Positions 1 through 9,130 of a stretch of 52,416 bases of DNA are shown in pieces. The stretch is from a virus (taxonomy: Duplodnaviria; Heunggongvirae; Uroviricota; Caudoviricetes): the IMG/VR virus record IMGVR_UViG_2896589216_000005. One strand, 5' to 3'. Position numbers and translations under genes: made by a program. How positions within the stretch are numbered: position 1 is the first letter of the stretch; each line of letters starts with the position of its first letter. The notes below the pieces were generated by a model, which searched no databases, was not told the origin of the DNA, and saw nothing but the letters and a program-made list of their open reading frames with translations.

Positions 1-1131
1 TCAAATGACCAGTTTTTTCCATTCCTTACCGCGTGCGTCGTTGTAAATATCGGTCATTTTTTGATTCGAATGGCCTAGCAAAATTTTGGTATCAACCCCC
101 TGCTCTCTGAACAATCGCTCTGATAAAGATCTCTGCTCATGGAAAGAGGGAGGGGTGCCATTAGCACGCCAGTTGTAATCCACAGAATCCCGGGCTTTTT
201 TAAATGCAACGGTTAATGTTGCTGGCTTAACCATCCCGCCGCGCTTAGCTGTCCCTTTCGCGTGATGGTGGTGCAATAGCCACGGACTAAGAACGCAATC
301 GCGGCAGGATGACACCACATCATCCAGGGTGAGATTTAATTTATCGCAACGCAGAGCCAGAGGGATGGCAATCCGGGTTCCTGTTTTTTGCTGTTCGACA
401 TGAAGATAACCATCCCGGATATCCGAAAATTGCATTTTGCAAATATCTGAAAGGCGCTGGCCTGTCATCAGTGCCAGCAGCATACCGCGCTGTAAAAAGT
501 AACCATCCTTTTCCGCTGCGTTATAAATCATCATCCACTCATCAAAAGTCAGTCGCTGTCTTGATATCCGCACCTGCGGTTTTTTTGCCGATTCTGCAGG
601 GTTAAAGCCTGGCGGGACATCGCCCGTTTGCTGAGCTTCCCGGAAAACATCGATCAGTACTTTCCTGAAAATTTGTCCCATTCTGTTATGTCCTCTGGCC
701 TTGTACTCTTCCAGTACTGATACCACATCTTTTACGGTTATGACATCTAACGGTCTGGTGCCAAAACGTTCATCAAATACCCTGAGAGGGGCCGCTTTCT
801 GTTTCAGCGTGTTGAGTTTGATCTCGCCGTTTTCATATCTTTCCTGTTGAATTTTTCTGTAATTATTCAGAAAAATGGTAACGGTTGATGAACCGCCGGT
901 ATCACTAATAATTTTCTCCTGCAGACTGCGCATTTGTTCCATTTGCTGCCGGGCAAGACGGCTGTTCGCTTCTGCTGCAATAGTTTCTGCCAGTTTCTGG
1001 TCAATACTGCCGAGACCGTGATTTTTGCCTGTTATGGGATGCCTGTAACGCCAGTAAACTTTGTTATTTCTTTTATCAAAATACGGAGATAATCCCGGAA
1101 CATCGGTTTTATATTTTCGCGGGCGCGCCAT
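1..1131 (-). CDS. int: Phage integrase (tyrosine recombinase), 376 aa
   Basis: Six-frame ORF; lambdoid integrase-like sequence, followed on the same strand by an excisionase-like ORF; sits at prophage left end. Confidence 0.88.
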   Translation of the reverse strand: MARPRKYKTDVPGLSPYFDKRNNKVYWRYRHPITGKNHGLGSIDQKLAETIAAEANSRLARQQMEQMRSLQEKIISDTGGSSTVTIFLNNYRKIQQERYENGEIKLNTLKQKAAPLRVFDERFGTRPLDVITVKDVVSVLEEYKARGHNRMGQIFRKVLIDVFREAQQTGDVPPGFNPAESAKKPQVRISRQRLTFDEWMMIYNAAEKDGYFLQRGMLLALMTGQRLSDICKMQFSDIRDGYLHVEQQKTGTRIAIPLALRCDKLNLTLDDVVSSCRDCVLSPWLLHHHHAKGTAKRGGMVKPATLTVAFKKARDSVDYNWRANGTPPSFHEQRSLSERLFREQGVDTKILLGHSNQKMTDIYNDARGKEWKKLVI

Positions 1132-1357
1132 CTTCCAGTATCCTCTTCAAAGCAGGGTGATCTGTGGCGATCACCTCCGGCTTGTTTACCATTCCGACAA
1201 AGCGAGCTTGCGGATCCACTCGCCAGCGTCTTCCAACTTTTTTGGGGAGAGGAAATATCATTCCGGCTTTAGCGTATTTACTTAACGTACTCGGAGTTGG
1301 GACCGGTTCACTGAATTCCTCTTTTGCCCACTCAGTGAGCAGAATAAGTCTTGCCAT
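1109..1357 (-). CDS. xis: Excisionase (Xis/AlpA-like small DNA-binding protein), 82 aa
   Basis: Small basic ORF immediately upstream of and overlapping int start; KVGRRWRV-type motif. Confidence 0.7.
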   Translation of the reverse strand: MARLILLTEWAKEEFSEPVPTPSTLSKYAKAGMIFPLPKKVGRRWRVDPQARFVGMVNKPEVIATDHPALKRILEDGAPAKI

Positions 1358-1421
1358 GAGCGTCGTTCGCTAATCATGGTCGCCGCCACTATAGCTGGTG
1401 GGCAACGACCGGGGTTGAACA

Positions 1422-3896
1422 TTAAAAATCAGCCTGATTCGGGATCAGTTTTTGCCAGATAACTGAAACGTATTTTGCCTGGTAACGGGCGTCATCAAGT
1501 GCATTATGGCGCTCACCTTCGAATGGAATAGCCGTTCTGGCATCGAAGTCTATGGCTTTCCCCAGCTCAACGATTGTGCGTACATCGCGATCGTTGTAGT
1601 AACGCCACGGGCAGGGGATCCCCTGCCGTTCGTATGAACGGCGCAAAATCGTGTTGTCGAAGTTGGCTCCATTTCCCCAGACCTGAACAAAAAATTCACC
1701 GGAGTTTTCGTCGATAAATTCCCGCAATTGTAACAGTGCATCATCTAACGGGATTTCATCGGTCATAATGGCAGATTGCGCTTCGCGTGATTGCTTAAGC
1801 CACCATTTAATGGTGTCCCGATCAATGACCCCGCCAGCAGTTTCCAGATCGATAGTCTTACTAAATTCCGGTCCCATATCTCCGGTTTGCGGATCGAAAA
1901 ATATTGCACCTATTGAGATGATCGGGGCATCAGGATTTTTTCCCATGGTTTCAAGGTCGATCATTAGATGGTCACACGTCCTGCTGGTGGATGTGATTTC
2001 TTGATGACCGTTCACCTTAATTGAGTGATCTGCCGTCTCGCCAGTTTCATTATCGCTATCGTGATGCTGATTGCCGTCAGTGTTCTCCTTGTGTGGATGT
2101 TCAGCGCCTTCCATTTCCTCCGGATCATCTTCCTGAACTTCAACCTGATACTCTTCATCGAATGTTTCCTGGTATGTTGCGTCGCCCATCACCGCGCCAC
2201 AATCAGGGCAGTTGCCGCCGCCGGTCTGACCGCAGGCGGTGCAGACTTTTTCCACTTCCTGTTGCGCCACTGGTTCAGGCTGTTTCGTTTCTGGCTCGTT
2301 TTGTAACGCATTTGGGCTGTTTTGTTCCGCTTTCTGGCCGTTCTGTTCCGTTTCTTGCTGGTTCTGATTCACTGAATCGCGGGTTTCAATCCCCTTCACC
2401 CATTTCGGATCATTCGGGTCGCTAATCCCTGCAACAAATTCACCACGTGATACAGCAAGCAAATTATTGGCGTCAGGCTGGCTGATATTGGCTGCCTGCA
2501 TAATTTTGTTTACTTCGTCAGCGGTAACTTTTACCGGCTCTGGTTGTGCGATCGTGTCAGATGCACCAGTATTTTGTTGTGAACCTGAGTACGTGCCGTT
2601 TTTACGTGCGAAGTATTCCTCTTTTGTGATTTCCGTAGCTCCCAGGGCCAGTGCTTTTTCCAGACCAGAAAGTTTGTTTGCGCGACCGTATTTTTCGCCG
2701 TCCTTATCGGTGAAAAGGAAGTAGAACGGTCCCTCACGCTCTACAGATGGTTCGTCTTCCACTTCGCATTCGGTTTTTTCGTTGTCCGGCATTGCCGTTT
2801 CCACTGCATCAGTTTCTGGTACTGGTGACGGGAGAGTACCAGCTGTGCCCTGATTTGTTCCTTCGTCATCTTCAAACACGCCCTTGGTAGTCAGGTATTC
2901 AGTGATGTATTTGTTCAGTGCTACGGGATCTTTGTGAATGTCGATCGGACGCTCACGGACAAGGCCAAAAATAGTCTGACGGTCGTAGCGAACGGCATCG
3001 GGTTGTTTGCGCATTGATGCGGAAATGCGCTTCCAGTCTTCGCGATCTTTGTCGATAACTTCATTTTTTGCCCAGCGATGGATGCTGCCGTCAATGTTTC
3101 CGGTATCAATATCGCCAGGCCAGAGAGCGTAGGCCAGTTCTTCATCCAGCGTTTTCCATGTCTGCTTGTATTCGCGACAAATGGCGGCAGTGACTGGGTT
3201 GATTTTTCCTGCTGAGTTTTCAGTGTTCTGTTGATTGACTCTGGCGCTGGCGAGATCAACAACAGACGTGTATTTTCCAGTCTCTTTGCGCTCTGCGTCC
3301 TGCCGTTTTTTCCAGTTACGTAATTCAGCCTGAATTTCGGGCCATTTGGCACCCGGATTACATTTGTGTTTAACCCATCCGATAGCGAACAGTTTGCGTT
3401 CCGGATACATAGCGTTAATTTCAGGCGTTTTCATCAGTGCTTCAACGATATGCCCGTCAAAGGTAGCAACGTCTTCCTGCAGTAATTCCTGCGCGTCAAT
3501 CGCCATATCAACGGTGATGTTTTCACATGTACCGAACTTAACCAGGACCGCGTTCTGTACTTCAAGGGACAGCTTGTCAAAATTGACGTTCATCGGATCG
3601 GATTCTGGTTCGACCGGAATAAAGGAAGCGGATTCCTCATCCCAGCGGTTTTCCTGCATATATTCAGCATCCCAGGAATCGAGGGCAGGGCGGGGTATAC
3701 CGGGTTTATCCTCGCAGACAAGAAATTTATAAGCGCAGTCCTGAGCAGCCGGATAATGTTCCAGGAATTGCCAGTGAAATTTTGCGCGGGCGCGACGTTC
3801 ATCACCGGCTTCAATGGCAGTGGCTACAGCGACGGCACCTTCTTCCTTTATTGCCTGTTCGTCCGGAATGGCGGCGCAAATAAAGACTTTACTCAT
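1422..3896 (-). CDS. Large exonuclease-family protein: C-terminal DEDDh (DnaQ-like) 3-5 exonuclease domain, central CxxC...CxxC zinc ribbon, acidic linker
   Basis: 824-aa ORF; C-terminal MIDLETMG...HNALDDARY motifs typical of DnaQ-like exonucleases; occupies the recombination-module position next to xis. Confidence 0.7.
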   Translation of the reverse strand: MSKVFICAAIPDEQAIKEEGAVAVATAIEAGDERRARAKFHWQFLEHYPAAQDCAYKFLVCEDKPGIPRPALDSWDAEYMQENRWDEESASFIPVEPESDPMNVNFDKLSLEVQNAVLVKFGTCENITVDMAIDAQELLQEDVATFDGHIVEALMKTPEINAMYPERKLFAIGWVKHKCNPGAKWPEIQAELRNWKKRQDAERKETGKYTSVVDLASARVNQQNTENSAGKINPVTAAICREYKQTWKTLDEELAYALWPGDIDTGNIDGSIHRWAKNEVIDKDREDWKRISASMRKQPDAVRYDRQTIFGLVRERPIDIHKDPVALNKYITEYLTTKGVFEDDEGTNQGTAGTLPSPVPETDAVETAMPDNEKTECEVEDEPSVEREGPFYFLFTDKDGEKYGRANKLSGLEKALALGATEITKEEYFARKNGTYSGSQQNTGASDTIAQPEPVKVTADEVNKIMQAANISQPDANNLLAVSRGEFVAGISDPNDPKWVKGIETRDSVNQNQQETEQNGQKAEQNSPNALQNEPETKQPEPVAQQEVEKVCTACGQTGGGNCPDCGAVMGDATYQETFDEEYQVEVQEDDPEEMEGAEHPHKENTDGNQHHDSDNETGETADHSIKVNGHQEITSTSRTCDHLMIDLETMGKNPDAPIISIGAIFFDPQTGDMGPEFSKTIDLETAGGVIDRDTIKWWLKQSREAQSAIMTDEIPLDDALLQLREFIDENSGEFFVQVWGNGANFDNTILRRSYERQGIPCPWRYYNDRDVRTIVELGKAIDFDARTAIPFEGERHNALDDARYQAKYVSVIWQKLIPNQADF

Positions 3897-3991
3897 TTTG
3901 TTTTAACCTCATTACAGATTTCAGGGTGAACGAATCCCTGCCATTGCTGGCATTTTTAATCCGTTGGTATGGCGTTAATATGGCTGGCGGG

Positions 3992-4180
3992 TTATCCAGC
4001 CGGTATTTCGTTATTCAGGTTCAGCGATACTTTTTTTAACGGGAGGCATTCACCGGGGATTTTTTGTTCGTCCCTTACCTGAATGCAGGATGACTTACTG
4101 TCATAAATTCCGGTAATCACATTTTGTGGCTCACCCGTTATAAGAAAAACGGTCATCACCAGTGCAAATGCTGAAGTCAC
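3992..4180 (-). CDS. Small protein with hydrophobic N-terminus downstream of dicB (YdfD-like by position), 62 aa
   Basis: ORF whose GTG start overlaps the dicB stop (GTGA); position matches ydfD of the Qin dicB operon. Confidence 0.45.
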   Translation of the reverse strand: MTSAFALVMTVFLITGEPQNVITGIYDSKSSCIQVRDEQKIPGECLPLKKVSLNLNNEIPAG

Positions 4181-4344
4181 TGCTGTTCTCCGATAATACC
4201 AAGTTCAAGAAGGGCAATTCTGGAAAGTATGGAATTATCATTGAGAAGATAAGGTTCATATTTTCTCATCTTAATGGCATCTTCCGTAAACTCCCGGTTA
4301 CTGAGCAGAACACCAATATCAAAACAACCGGTAATGACTCCAAC

Positions 4345-4722
4345 TTATTGATAGTGTTTTATGTTCAGATAATGCCCGATGACTTTGTCATGCAGCTCCA
4401 CCGATTTTGAGAACGACAGCGACTTCCGTCCCAGCCGTGCCAGGTGCTGCCTCAGATTCAGGTTATGCCGCTCAATTCGCTGCGTATATCGCTTGCTGAT
4501 TACGTGCAGCTTTCCCTTCAGGCGGGATTCATACAGTGGCCAGCCATCCGTCATCCATATCACCACGTCAAAGGGTGACAGCAAGCTCATAAGACGCCCC
4601 AGCGTCGCCATAGTGCGTTCACCGAATACGTGCGCAACAACCGTCTTCCGGAGCCTGTCATACGCGTAAAACAGCCAGCGCTGGCGCGATTTAGCCCCGA
4701 CGTATCCCCACTGTTCGTCCAT
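4345..4722 (-). CDS. insB: IS1 InsB (transposase frame, normally expressed as InsAB fusion by -1 frameshift)
   Basis: 125-aa ORF matching IS1 InsB. Confidence 0.9.
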   Translation of the reverse strand: MDEQWGYVGAKSRQRWLFYAYDRLRKTVVAHVFGERTMATLGRLMSLLSPFDVVIWMTDGWPLYESRLKGKLHVISKRYTQRIERHNLNLRQHLARLGRKSLSFSKSVELHDKVIGHYLNIKHYQ

Positions 4723-4766
4723 TTCCGCGCAGACGATGACGTCACTGCCCGGCTGTATACGCGAGG

Positions 4767-5042
4767 TTACCGACTGCGGCCTGAGTTTTTTAAGTGACGT
4801 AAAATCGTGTTGAGGCTAACGCCCATAATGCGTGCAGTTGCCCGGCATCCAACGCCATTCATGGCCATATCAATAATTTTCTGGTGCGTACCGGGTTGAG
4901 AAGCGGTGTAAGTGAACTGCAGTTGCCATGTTTTACGGCAGTGAGAGCAGAGATAGCGCTGATGTCCGGCAGTGCTTTTGCCGTTACGCACCACCCCGTC
5001 AGTAGCTGAACAGGAGGGACAGCTGATAGAAACAGAAGCCAC
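4767..5042 (-). CDS. insA: IS1 InsA
   Basis: 91-aa ORF matching IS1 InsA (zinc-finger N-terminus CPSC...CSHC). Confidence 0.92.
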   Translation of the reverse strand: MASVSISCPSCSATDGVVRNGKSTAGHQRYLCSHCRKTWQLQFTYTASQPGTHQKIIDMAMNGVGCRATARIMGVSLNTILRHLKNSGRSR

Positions 5043-5315
5043 TGGAGCACCTCAAAAACACCATCATACACTAAATCAGTAAGTTGGCAGCATCACCAAA
5101 CAACCTTCAGACGTATTAACGTTTGGTAATAACGTTTCCATTATCGCGTCCTCAACAATGAATTTTGTGATGCGGTGCCTGGTGCCTCCAGGTGACGTTA
5201 ACCAGTTAACAATTAACGCCGGATACAGAGAATCCACCCATAACACTGTTTTTGGTTTTAACTGTTCTGCGTGCGCTCAGCCGCATTCACCACATCACAA
5301 AATTCACTTTAAAAA

Positions 5316-5368
5316 GGGCGGCAGAGCAGTCACGGAGTAAAACTGATACCGCCAAACGTCACCAGAAA
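5316..5368 (-). ncRNA. dicF: DicF small regulatory RNA (53 nt) followed by U-tract
   Basis: Reverse complement of 5316-5368 reads UUUCUGGUGACGUUUGGCGGUAUCAGUUUUACUCCGUGACUGCUCUGCCGCCC followed by UUUUU, matching the DicF sequence as recalled. Confidence 0.88.
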
Positions 5369-5673
5369 ATTGATAACAGAGGGCGTTGCAGCGGGGTTGT
5401 CACTTAAGCGTATGGTCAACCTGACAACCCGGTGTCCTCAGCGGGGGAAGGAATAACCCCGCCATACTTACCGCCGCGCCATTTCGCGGATTGCCACAAC
5501 CGGAAGCGCACGATCGAATTAAATTTAACGACGACCTATACAGAGAGACTAACTTCTCCGGGCGCTTTCGTGTTATGCCCTGACTTTTCAGGGATATATC
5601 CTTTTCAGTAAACTGTCAGTGCCGGATTCTTATCCGTGTCCGGCGCACGCACTCTACCTCACCTGTGAATAAA

Positions 5674-6060
5674 TTAATGATTAATTGATATTTTGTTGTT
5701 TGATTCAACTTTCCCATCGGATGTGTGATGCTTTAAATCACAGGAATTAATACTGCTTGCTGTAAAATGATTTTCAAGGGGTTCTATTCGAATCCCTTTC
5801 TTTTTCATTAACAAGCCAAACCCCTTATCAATGATGTCCATTAGATCCAGGAAGTATTTTTCATGTAAATCCTGGTTATCAGAGAGCTGCTTCTCTTCGT
5901 ACAGCCCGATAAAGGCTCGGCGTACGTTACCGGATATATTGTCGATGGTTTCTTTTTCTACGGTACTCAGGTCAAGAGTCGCCAGTTGAGAGCGAACCAC
6001 ATTCGATGCCATTTCCTGGAATGGTACTGGTAAATCTTTAAATTCCATCGTCAACCTCAT
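5674..6060 (-). CDS. Hypothetical protein in the dicB operon (128 aa)
   Basis: ORF whose start overlaps the upstream gene stop (ATGA at 6060); lies between the ydfA-like gene and dicF. Confidence 0.5.
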   Translation of the reverse strand: MRLTMEFKDLPVPFQEMASNVVRSQLATLDLSTVEKETIDNISGNVRRAFIGLYEEKQLSDNQDLHEKYFLDLMDIIDKGFGLLMKKKGIRIEPLENHFTASSINSCDLKHHTSDGKVESNNKISINH

Positions 6061-6317
6061 CAGTCGGAGTTTCTTGCTAACCAGCGACGCGCGCCAGCTT
6101 CGGTTTTAAACGTTTTGCTTTTGGTATACGTCATGGCGGTGAATGTGCCGTCCTGGTTGGGGAGCACACCACATACCAGAGATTCGCTGTTGCCAAGATC
6201 GATAGTATCCATGCTGACCTCATTACCCCTTAACGCCGGGTAGCGGAACTGTTTGCTGAGAACACCGTGCGGTGTCTTGATGGGTGGTAATTTAGTTTTC
6301 TCATGAATGTTGGTCAA
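6060..6317 (-). CDS. ydfA: YdfA-like small protein (first gene of dicB operon); true start may be the internal ATG at 6212 (50 aa)
   Basis: ORF track start is TTG at 6317 with no SD; internal Met (MDTIDLG...) has a GAGG SD and gives a 50-aa product of YdfA size. Confidence 0.55.
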   Translation of the reverse strand: MTNIHEKTKLPPIKTPHGVLSKQFRYPALRGNEVSMDTIDLGNSESLVCGVLPNQDGTFTAMTYTKSKTFKTEAGARRWLARNSD

Positions 6318-6326
6318 GCATTTTTA

Positions 6327-6340
6327 ATGAGAAAACTCAA
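6327..6340. promoter_or_regulatory. Operator-like palindrome ATGAGAAAACTCAA upstream of the dicB operon
   Basis: Near-perfect inverted repeat TGAG-AAAA-CTCA; second copy at 6860-6873; the pair flanks the repressor gene. Confidence 0.4.
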
Positions 6341-6401
6341 CATTTAATGCAAAATAAAGCCAATACATTGAAATGTAAGGCTTTAAAATTTGTGAAGGGG
6401 G

Positions 6402-6809
6402 TTACTGATGTTTGTTACGTTTGCGAGCTTCTAGTAGCTCGGTGAATAGGCGATTAAAATTCTCAACGCGGGCACGGAGTTCGCTGATTTGTGCTTGCTG
6501 CTCTGATTTTGGAAGTGCGCGATACAATCGCAACATCTCCAACTCATCTTCCGATAAGTCTAAGGCGCTGTTGAGTGCTACTGGTGGATCTGGTGTTTTA
6601 TCCTCGTCACCAAACAGTATCCAAGTTGGTGAACATTGCAATACCTCAGCCAGGCGATGCAAATTTTGCCCGCGCGGGGCTGTATGGTCGCTTTCCCATA
6701 GTGAAATTGATGAGCCAGATACGCCAGCGGCTTTGCTTAAATCGTTTTGACTTAAACCAACCTGTTTGCGTCTTTCTCTAATTCGTTGACCTAAAGTTTT
6801 CTCGTTCAT
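6402..6809 (-). CDS. dicA: DicA-like HTH repressor (XRE family), 135 aa
   Basis: N-terminal HTH (QRIRERRKQVGLSQNDLSKAAGVS) and LQCSPTWILFGDEDK segment match DicA; divergent from a Cro-like gene. Confidence 0.85.
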   Translation of the reverse strand: MNEKTLGQRIRERRKQVGLSQNDLSKAAGVSGSSISLWESDHTAPRGQNLHRLAEVLQCSPTWILFGDEDKTPDPPVALNSALDLSEDELEMLRLYRALPKSEQQAQISELRARVENFNRLFTELLEARKRNKHQ

Positions 6810-6859
6810 ATTTAGATATCTTAATAACCCTTGACTCGAGATTCCTTGAATGATTGCTA

Positions 6860-6873
6860 TTGAGAAAACTCAA
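6860..6873. promoter_or_regulatory. Operator-like palindrome TTGAGAAAACTCAA in the dicA/dicC divergent promoter region
   Basis: Perfect inverted repeat TTGAG-AAAA-CTCAA, 13 nt upstream of the dicC-like start and next to its SD. Confidence 0.45.
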
Positions 6874-6886
6874 CTTTGGAGGGGTG

Positions 6887-7114
6887 ATGTTTAAATCAGA
6901 CGTAATTAATTTTTATGGGACGAAAGCCAAAGTAGCGAAAGCTGCTGGTGTTGATCCATCTGCTGTTTCTCAATGGGGGGAACTGGTTCCTGAAGGTCGC
7001 GCGATGCGCCTGCAAGAGGCATCCGGCGGGGAACTTCAGTACGACCCCAAAGTTTATGACGAATATCGTAAGGCAAAGCGGGCGGGGCGGTTGAACAATG
7101 AAAATCACCCCTGA
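6887..7114 (+). CDS. dicC: DicC-like Cro-type regulator (75 aa)
   Basis: ATG at 6887 preceded by GGAGGGG SD; VPEGRAMRLQEASGGELQYDPKVY matches DicC/YdaS-type Cro proteins. Confidence 0.78.
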   Translation: MFKSDVINFYGTKAKVAKAAGVDPSAVSQWGELVPEGRAMRLQEASGGELQYDPKVYDEYRKAKRAGRLNNENHP

Positions 7115-7649
7115 ACAGGTTTGTGAGGCTCTGGATGCCTGGGTATGTCGACCAGGAATGACACAGGAGCAAGCGACGATATTAATCACGGAAGCATTCT
7201 GGGCTCTGAAAGAACGCCCGAACATCGATGTTCAACGCGTCACGTTTAATGATGGCGAGGTTGATCAACGGGCGCTGGGCGTTAACCGGGTGAAGATATT
7301 CGAACGCTGGAAAGCTATCGACACCAGGGATAAGCGGAAAAAATTCACGGCGCTGATTCCGGCAATTATGGAGGCTATCCGAATTAGTGATTTCAGGTTG
7401 TATCGTGAGATCAGTGATGGAAAAAGCATTACGTACATGATCGCCGGATTAAACAAAGAATATGGCGATGTGGTGGAGTCCGGGCTGCTTTTTGCGGATC
7501 CAGCTGTTGTGGAACGTGAGACTGACGAGCTTATAGAAAAAGCTATTGCTTTCAAGCATGCGTATCGTCAGCAATATCAATATTACTTTGCAGATAAACA
7601 AATGTCTGCCAGGGGTTTGTATGAGTATCGATGCACTACGATGGGCTAA
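7098..7649 (+). CDS. YdaT-like (CII-position) regulatory protein, 183 aa
   Basis: Immediately follows the Cro-like gene with overlap; N-terminus MKITPEQV resembles YdaT family. Confidence 0.5.
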   Translation: MKITPEQVCEALDAWVCRPGMTQEQATILITEAFWALKERPNIDVQRVTFNDGEVDQRALGVNRVKIFERWKAIDTRDKRKKFTALIPAIMEAIRISDFRLYREISDGKSITYMIAGLNKEYGDVVESGLLFADPAVVERETDELIEKAIAFKHAYRQQYQYYFADKQMSARGLYEYRCTTMG

Positions 7650-8661
7650 AAAGGTGAAAACCGGCAGTTCATCCAGTAAGTCTGTATTGACCTGGCTTGC
7701 TGATATGTGCGGTGCCGATTTGTGTGCATACCCGTCTGTATCTGCACTGGCAGAAGTAACGGAACTAAACAAAAAGACTGTGCAGGACAGCTTACGACAC
7801 CTGATGGAGATTGGGTTAATTGTTGATACCGGTGAGAGAAAAGGCAGAACAAAGCAAATTGTGGTGTACCGACTTATCGGTGTAGAAGAAAGTGTTGCCG
7901 AGCCTGAATACACCCAAAAACGGGAGTCTTTAAAGGTGGGTAAAATTGGTGCTGTTAGTAAAAACAGTACCGAAAATGGTTATGTTTCAGCACAAAACAG
8001 ACCCAAAAACGGAACTCTTAGCTGCATGGAAAATAACCAAAGACACCCAAATTTTCCATCAAAGACACCCAAAAACGGATCACGGAACCCAAAGGAACCC
8101 AAAGATCTAAACCCCACACATAACGCACGCGAGAGTGCTCCGACCAGTGAGCAGGAAGTTTTGTCGTTACAGGCAGCACCCCTTGTATTCCTGGATGGCC
8201 TGAGCGAACCCATCGGAAAATATCCGATGACCGATAGCTGGTATCCGTCACGGGATTTTCGACGACGGGCTGCGTTGTGGGGGATGGCTTTGCCGGAGAC
8301 AGAATTTACACCTGCTGAACTTGCCGCCTTCCGGGACTACTGGGCAGCGGAGGGGAAAGTGTTTACGCAGATTCAGTGGGAGCAGAAATTCGCCCGTCAC
8401 GTAAATCACGTCAGGGCGCAGGTTAAACCAGTCAGCAAGGGGGTAAACCATGCAGCAGCACCAGGTGGCACCGCATCACGGGCAGTTCAGGAAATTCGGG
8501 CAGCACGTGAGCAGTGGGAACGTGAAAACGGATTTATCAGCGACGGAAACGGTCTGGAAGCTGTGGGAACTCATGGGGGAGGTTTATTCGAACCGCTGGA
8601 CCCAGAAGAACGGGGCCGCACCTTCGAAGCTCTGGATTGCACAGATTGGCGCGATGACTGA
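7621..8661 (+). CDS. Replication initiation protein (O-like, N-terminal wHTH)
   Basis: ATG at 7621 (MSIDALRWAKK...); position before the P-like gene; stop overlaps the P start (ATGACTGA). Confidence 0.72.
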   Translation: MSIDALRWAKKVKTGSSSSKSVLTWLADMCGADLCAYPSVSALAEVTELNKKTVQDSLRHLMEIGLIVDTGERKGRTKQIVVYRLIGVEESVAEPEYTQKRESLKVGKIGAVSKNSTENGYVSAQNRPKNGTLSCMENNQRHPNFPSKTPKNGSRNPKEPKDLNPTHNARESAPTSEQEVLSLQAAPLVFLDGLSEPIGKYPMTDSWYPSRDFRRRAALWGMALPETEFTPAELAAFRDYWAAEGKVFTQIQWEQKFARHVNHVRAQVKPVSKGVNHAAAPGGTASRAVQEIRAAREQWERENGFISDGNGLEAVGTHGGGLFEPLDPEERGRTFEALDCTDWRDD

Positions 8662-9115
8662 GCAGCAAATCCGACAGGTCTGCCGCCAGTGCATGGACCG
8701 CTGCCGGGCGGGTGAAACATGGCCTCCGGACCTGGCTGAGTTTGTGGCGCTGATTTCAGAAAGCGGGGCCAATCCATTTGGCCTGACGGTGGATGCTGTG
8801 ATGGAGGAGTACCGCCGCTGGCGTGATGAGTCCTGGCGATATGACGGAAGCGACAAATATCCGTGGCCTCAGCCTGTGCTGTACCACATCTGCCTCGAAA
8901 TGCGTACCAGAGGGATTGAGCGCCAGATGACGCAGGGTGAGTTAAAACGACTTGCGGAACGGCAACTGACGAAATGGGCAAAGCATGTTGGTAACGGGAT
9001 GAGTGTTCCGCCAGTGCGACGACAACTGGAAGGGGCGAAACACCCGCAAGGGCCAACGCCAATTGAACGGCTGAAACAGGAATACGAACGCCGGAAGGCA
9101 GCTGGTTTTATTTGA
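8450..9115 (+). CDS. P: Replication protein P-like (helicase loader); start uncertain (8450, 8573 or 8654)
   Basis: C-terminal two thirds align with lambda P (YPW...TQGELKRLAERQLTKWAKH); ATG at 8654 is coupled to the O-like stop. Confidence 0.7.
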   Translation: MQQHQVAPHHGQFRKFGQHVSSGNVKTDLSATETVWKLWELMGEVYSNRWTQKNGAAPSKLWIAQIGAMTEQQIRQVCRQCMDRCRAGETWPPDLAEFVALISESGANPFGLTVDAVMEEYRRWRDESWRYDGSDKYPWPQPVLYHICLEMRTRGIERQMTQGELKRLAERQLTKWAKHVGNGMSVPPVRRQLEGAKHPQGPTPIERLKQEYERRKAAGFI

Positions 9116-9130
9116 ATCTGAGAAACGATT

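Larger units (their letters stand above)
4330..5097 (-). mobile_element. IS1: IS1 insertion sequence (768 bp) with 8-bp target-site duplication AAACAACC
   Basis: Canonical IS1 terminal inverted repeats (GGTGATGCTGCCAACTTACTGAT and GGTAATGACTCCAACTTATTGAT); insA and insB ORFs; identical flanking 8-mers at 4322-4329 and 5098-5105. Confidence 0.95.
4177..5141 (-). pseudogene. dicB: dicB-like cell-division inhibitor gene interrupted by IS1 after codon 15
   Basis: Minus-strand ATG at 5141 encodes METLLPNVNTSEGCF, then IS1; reading frame resumes at 4329 and runs to stop at 4177, giving a 62-aa product once IS1 and one TSD copy are removed. Confidence 0.8.
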
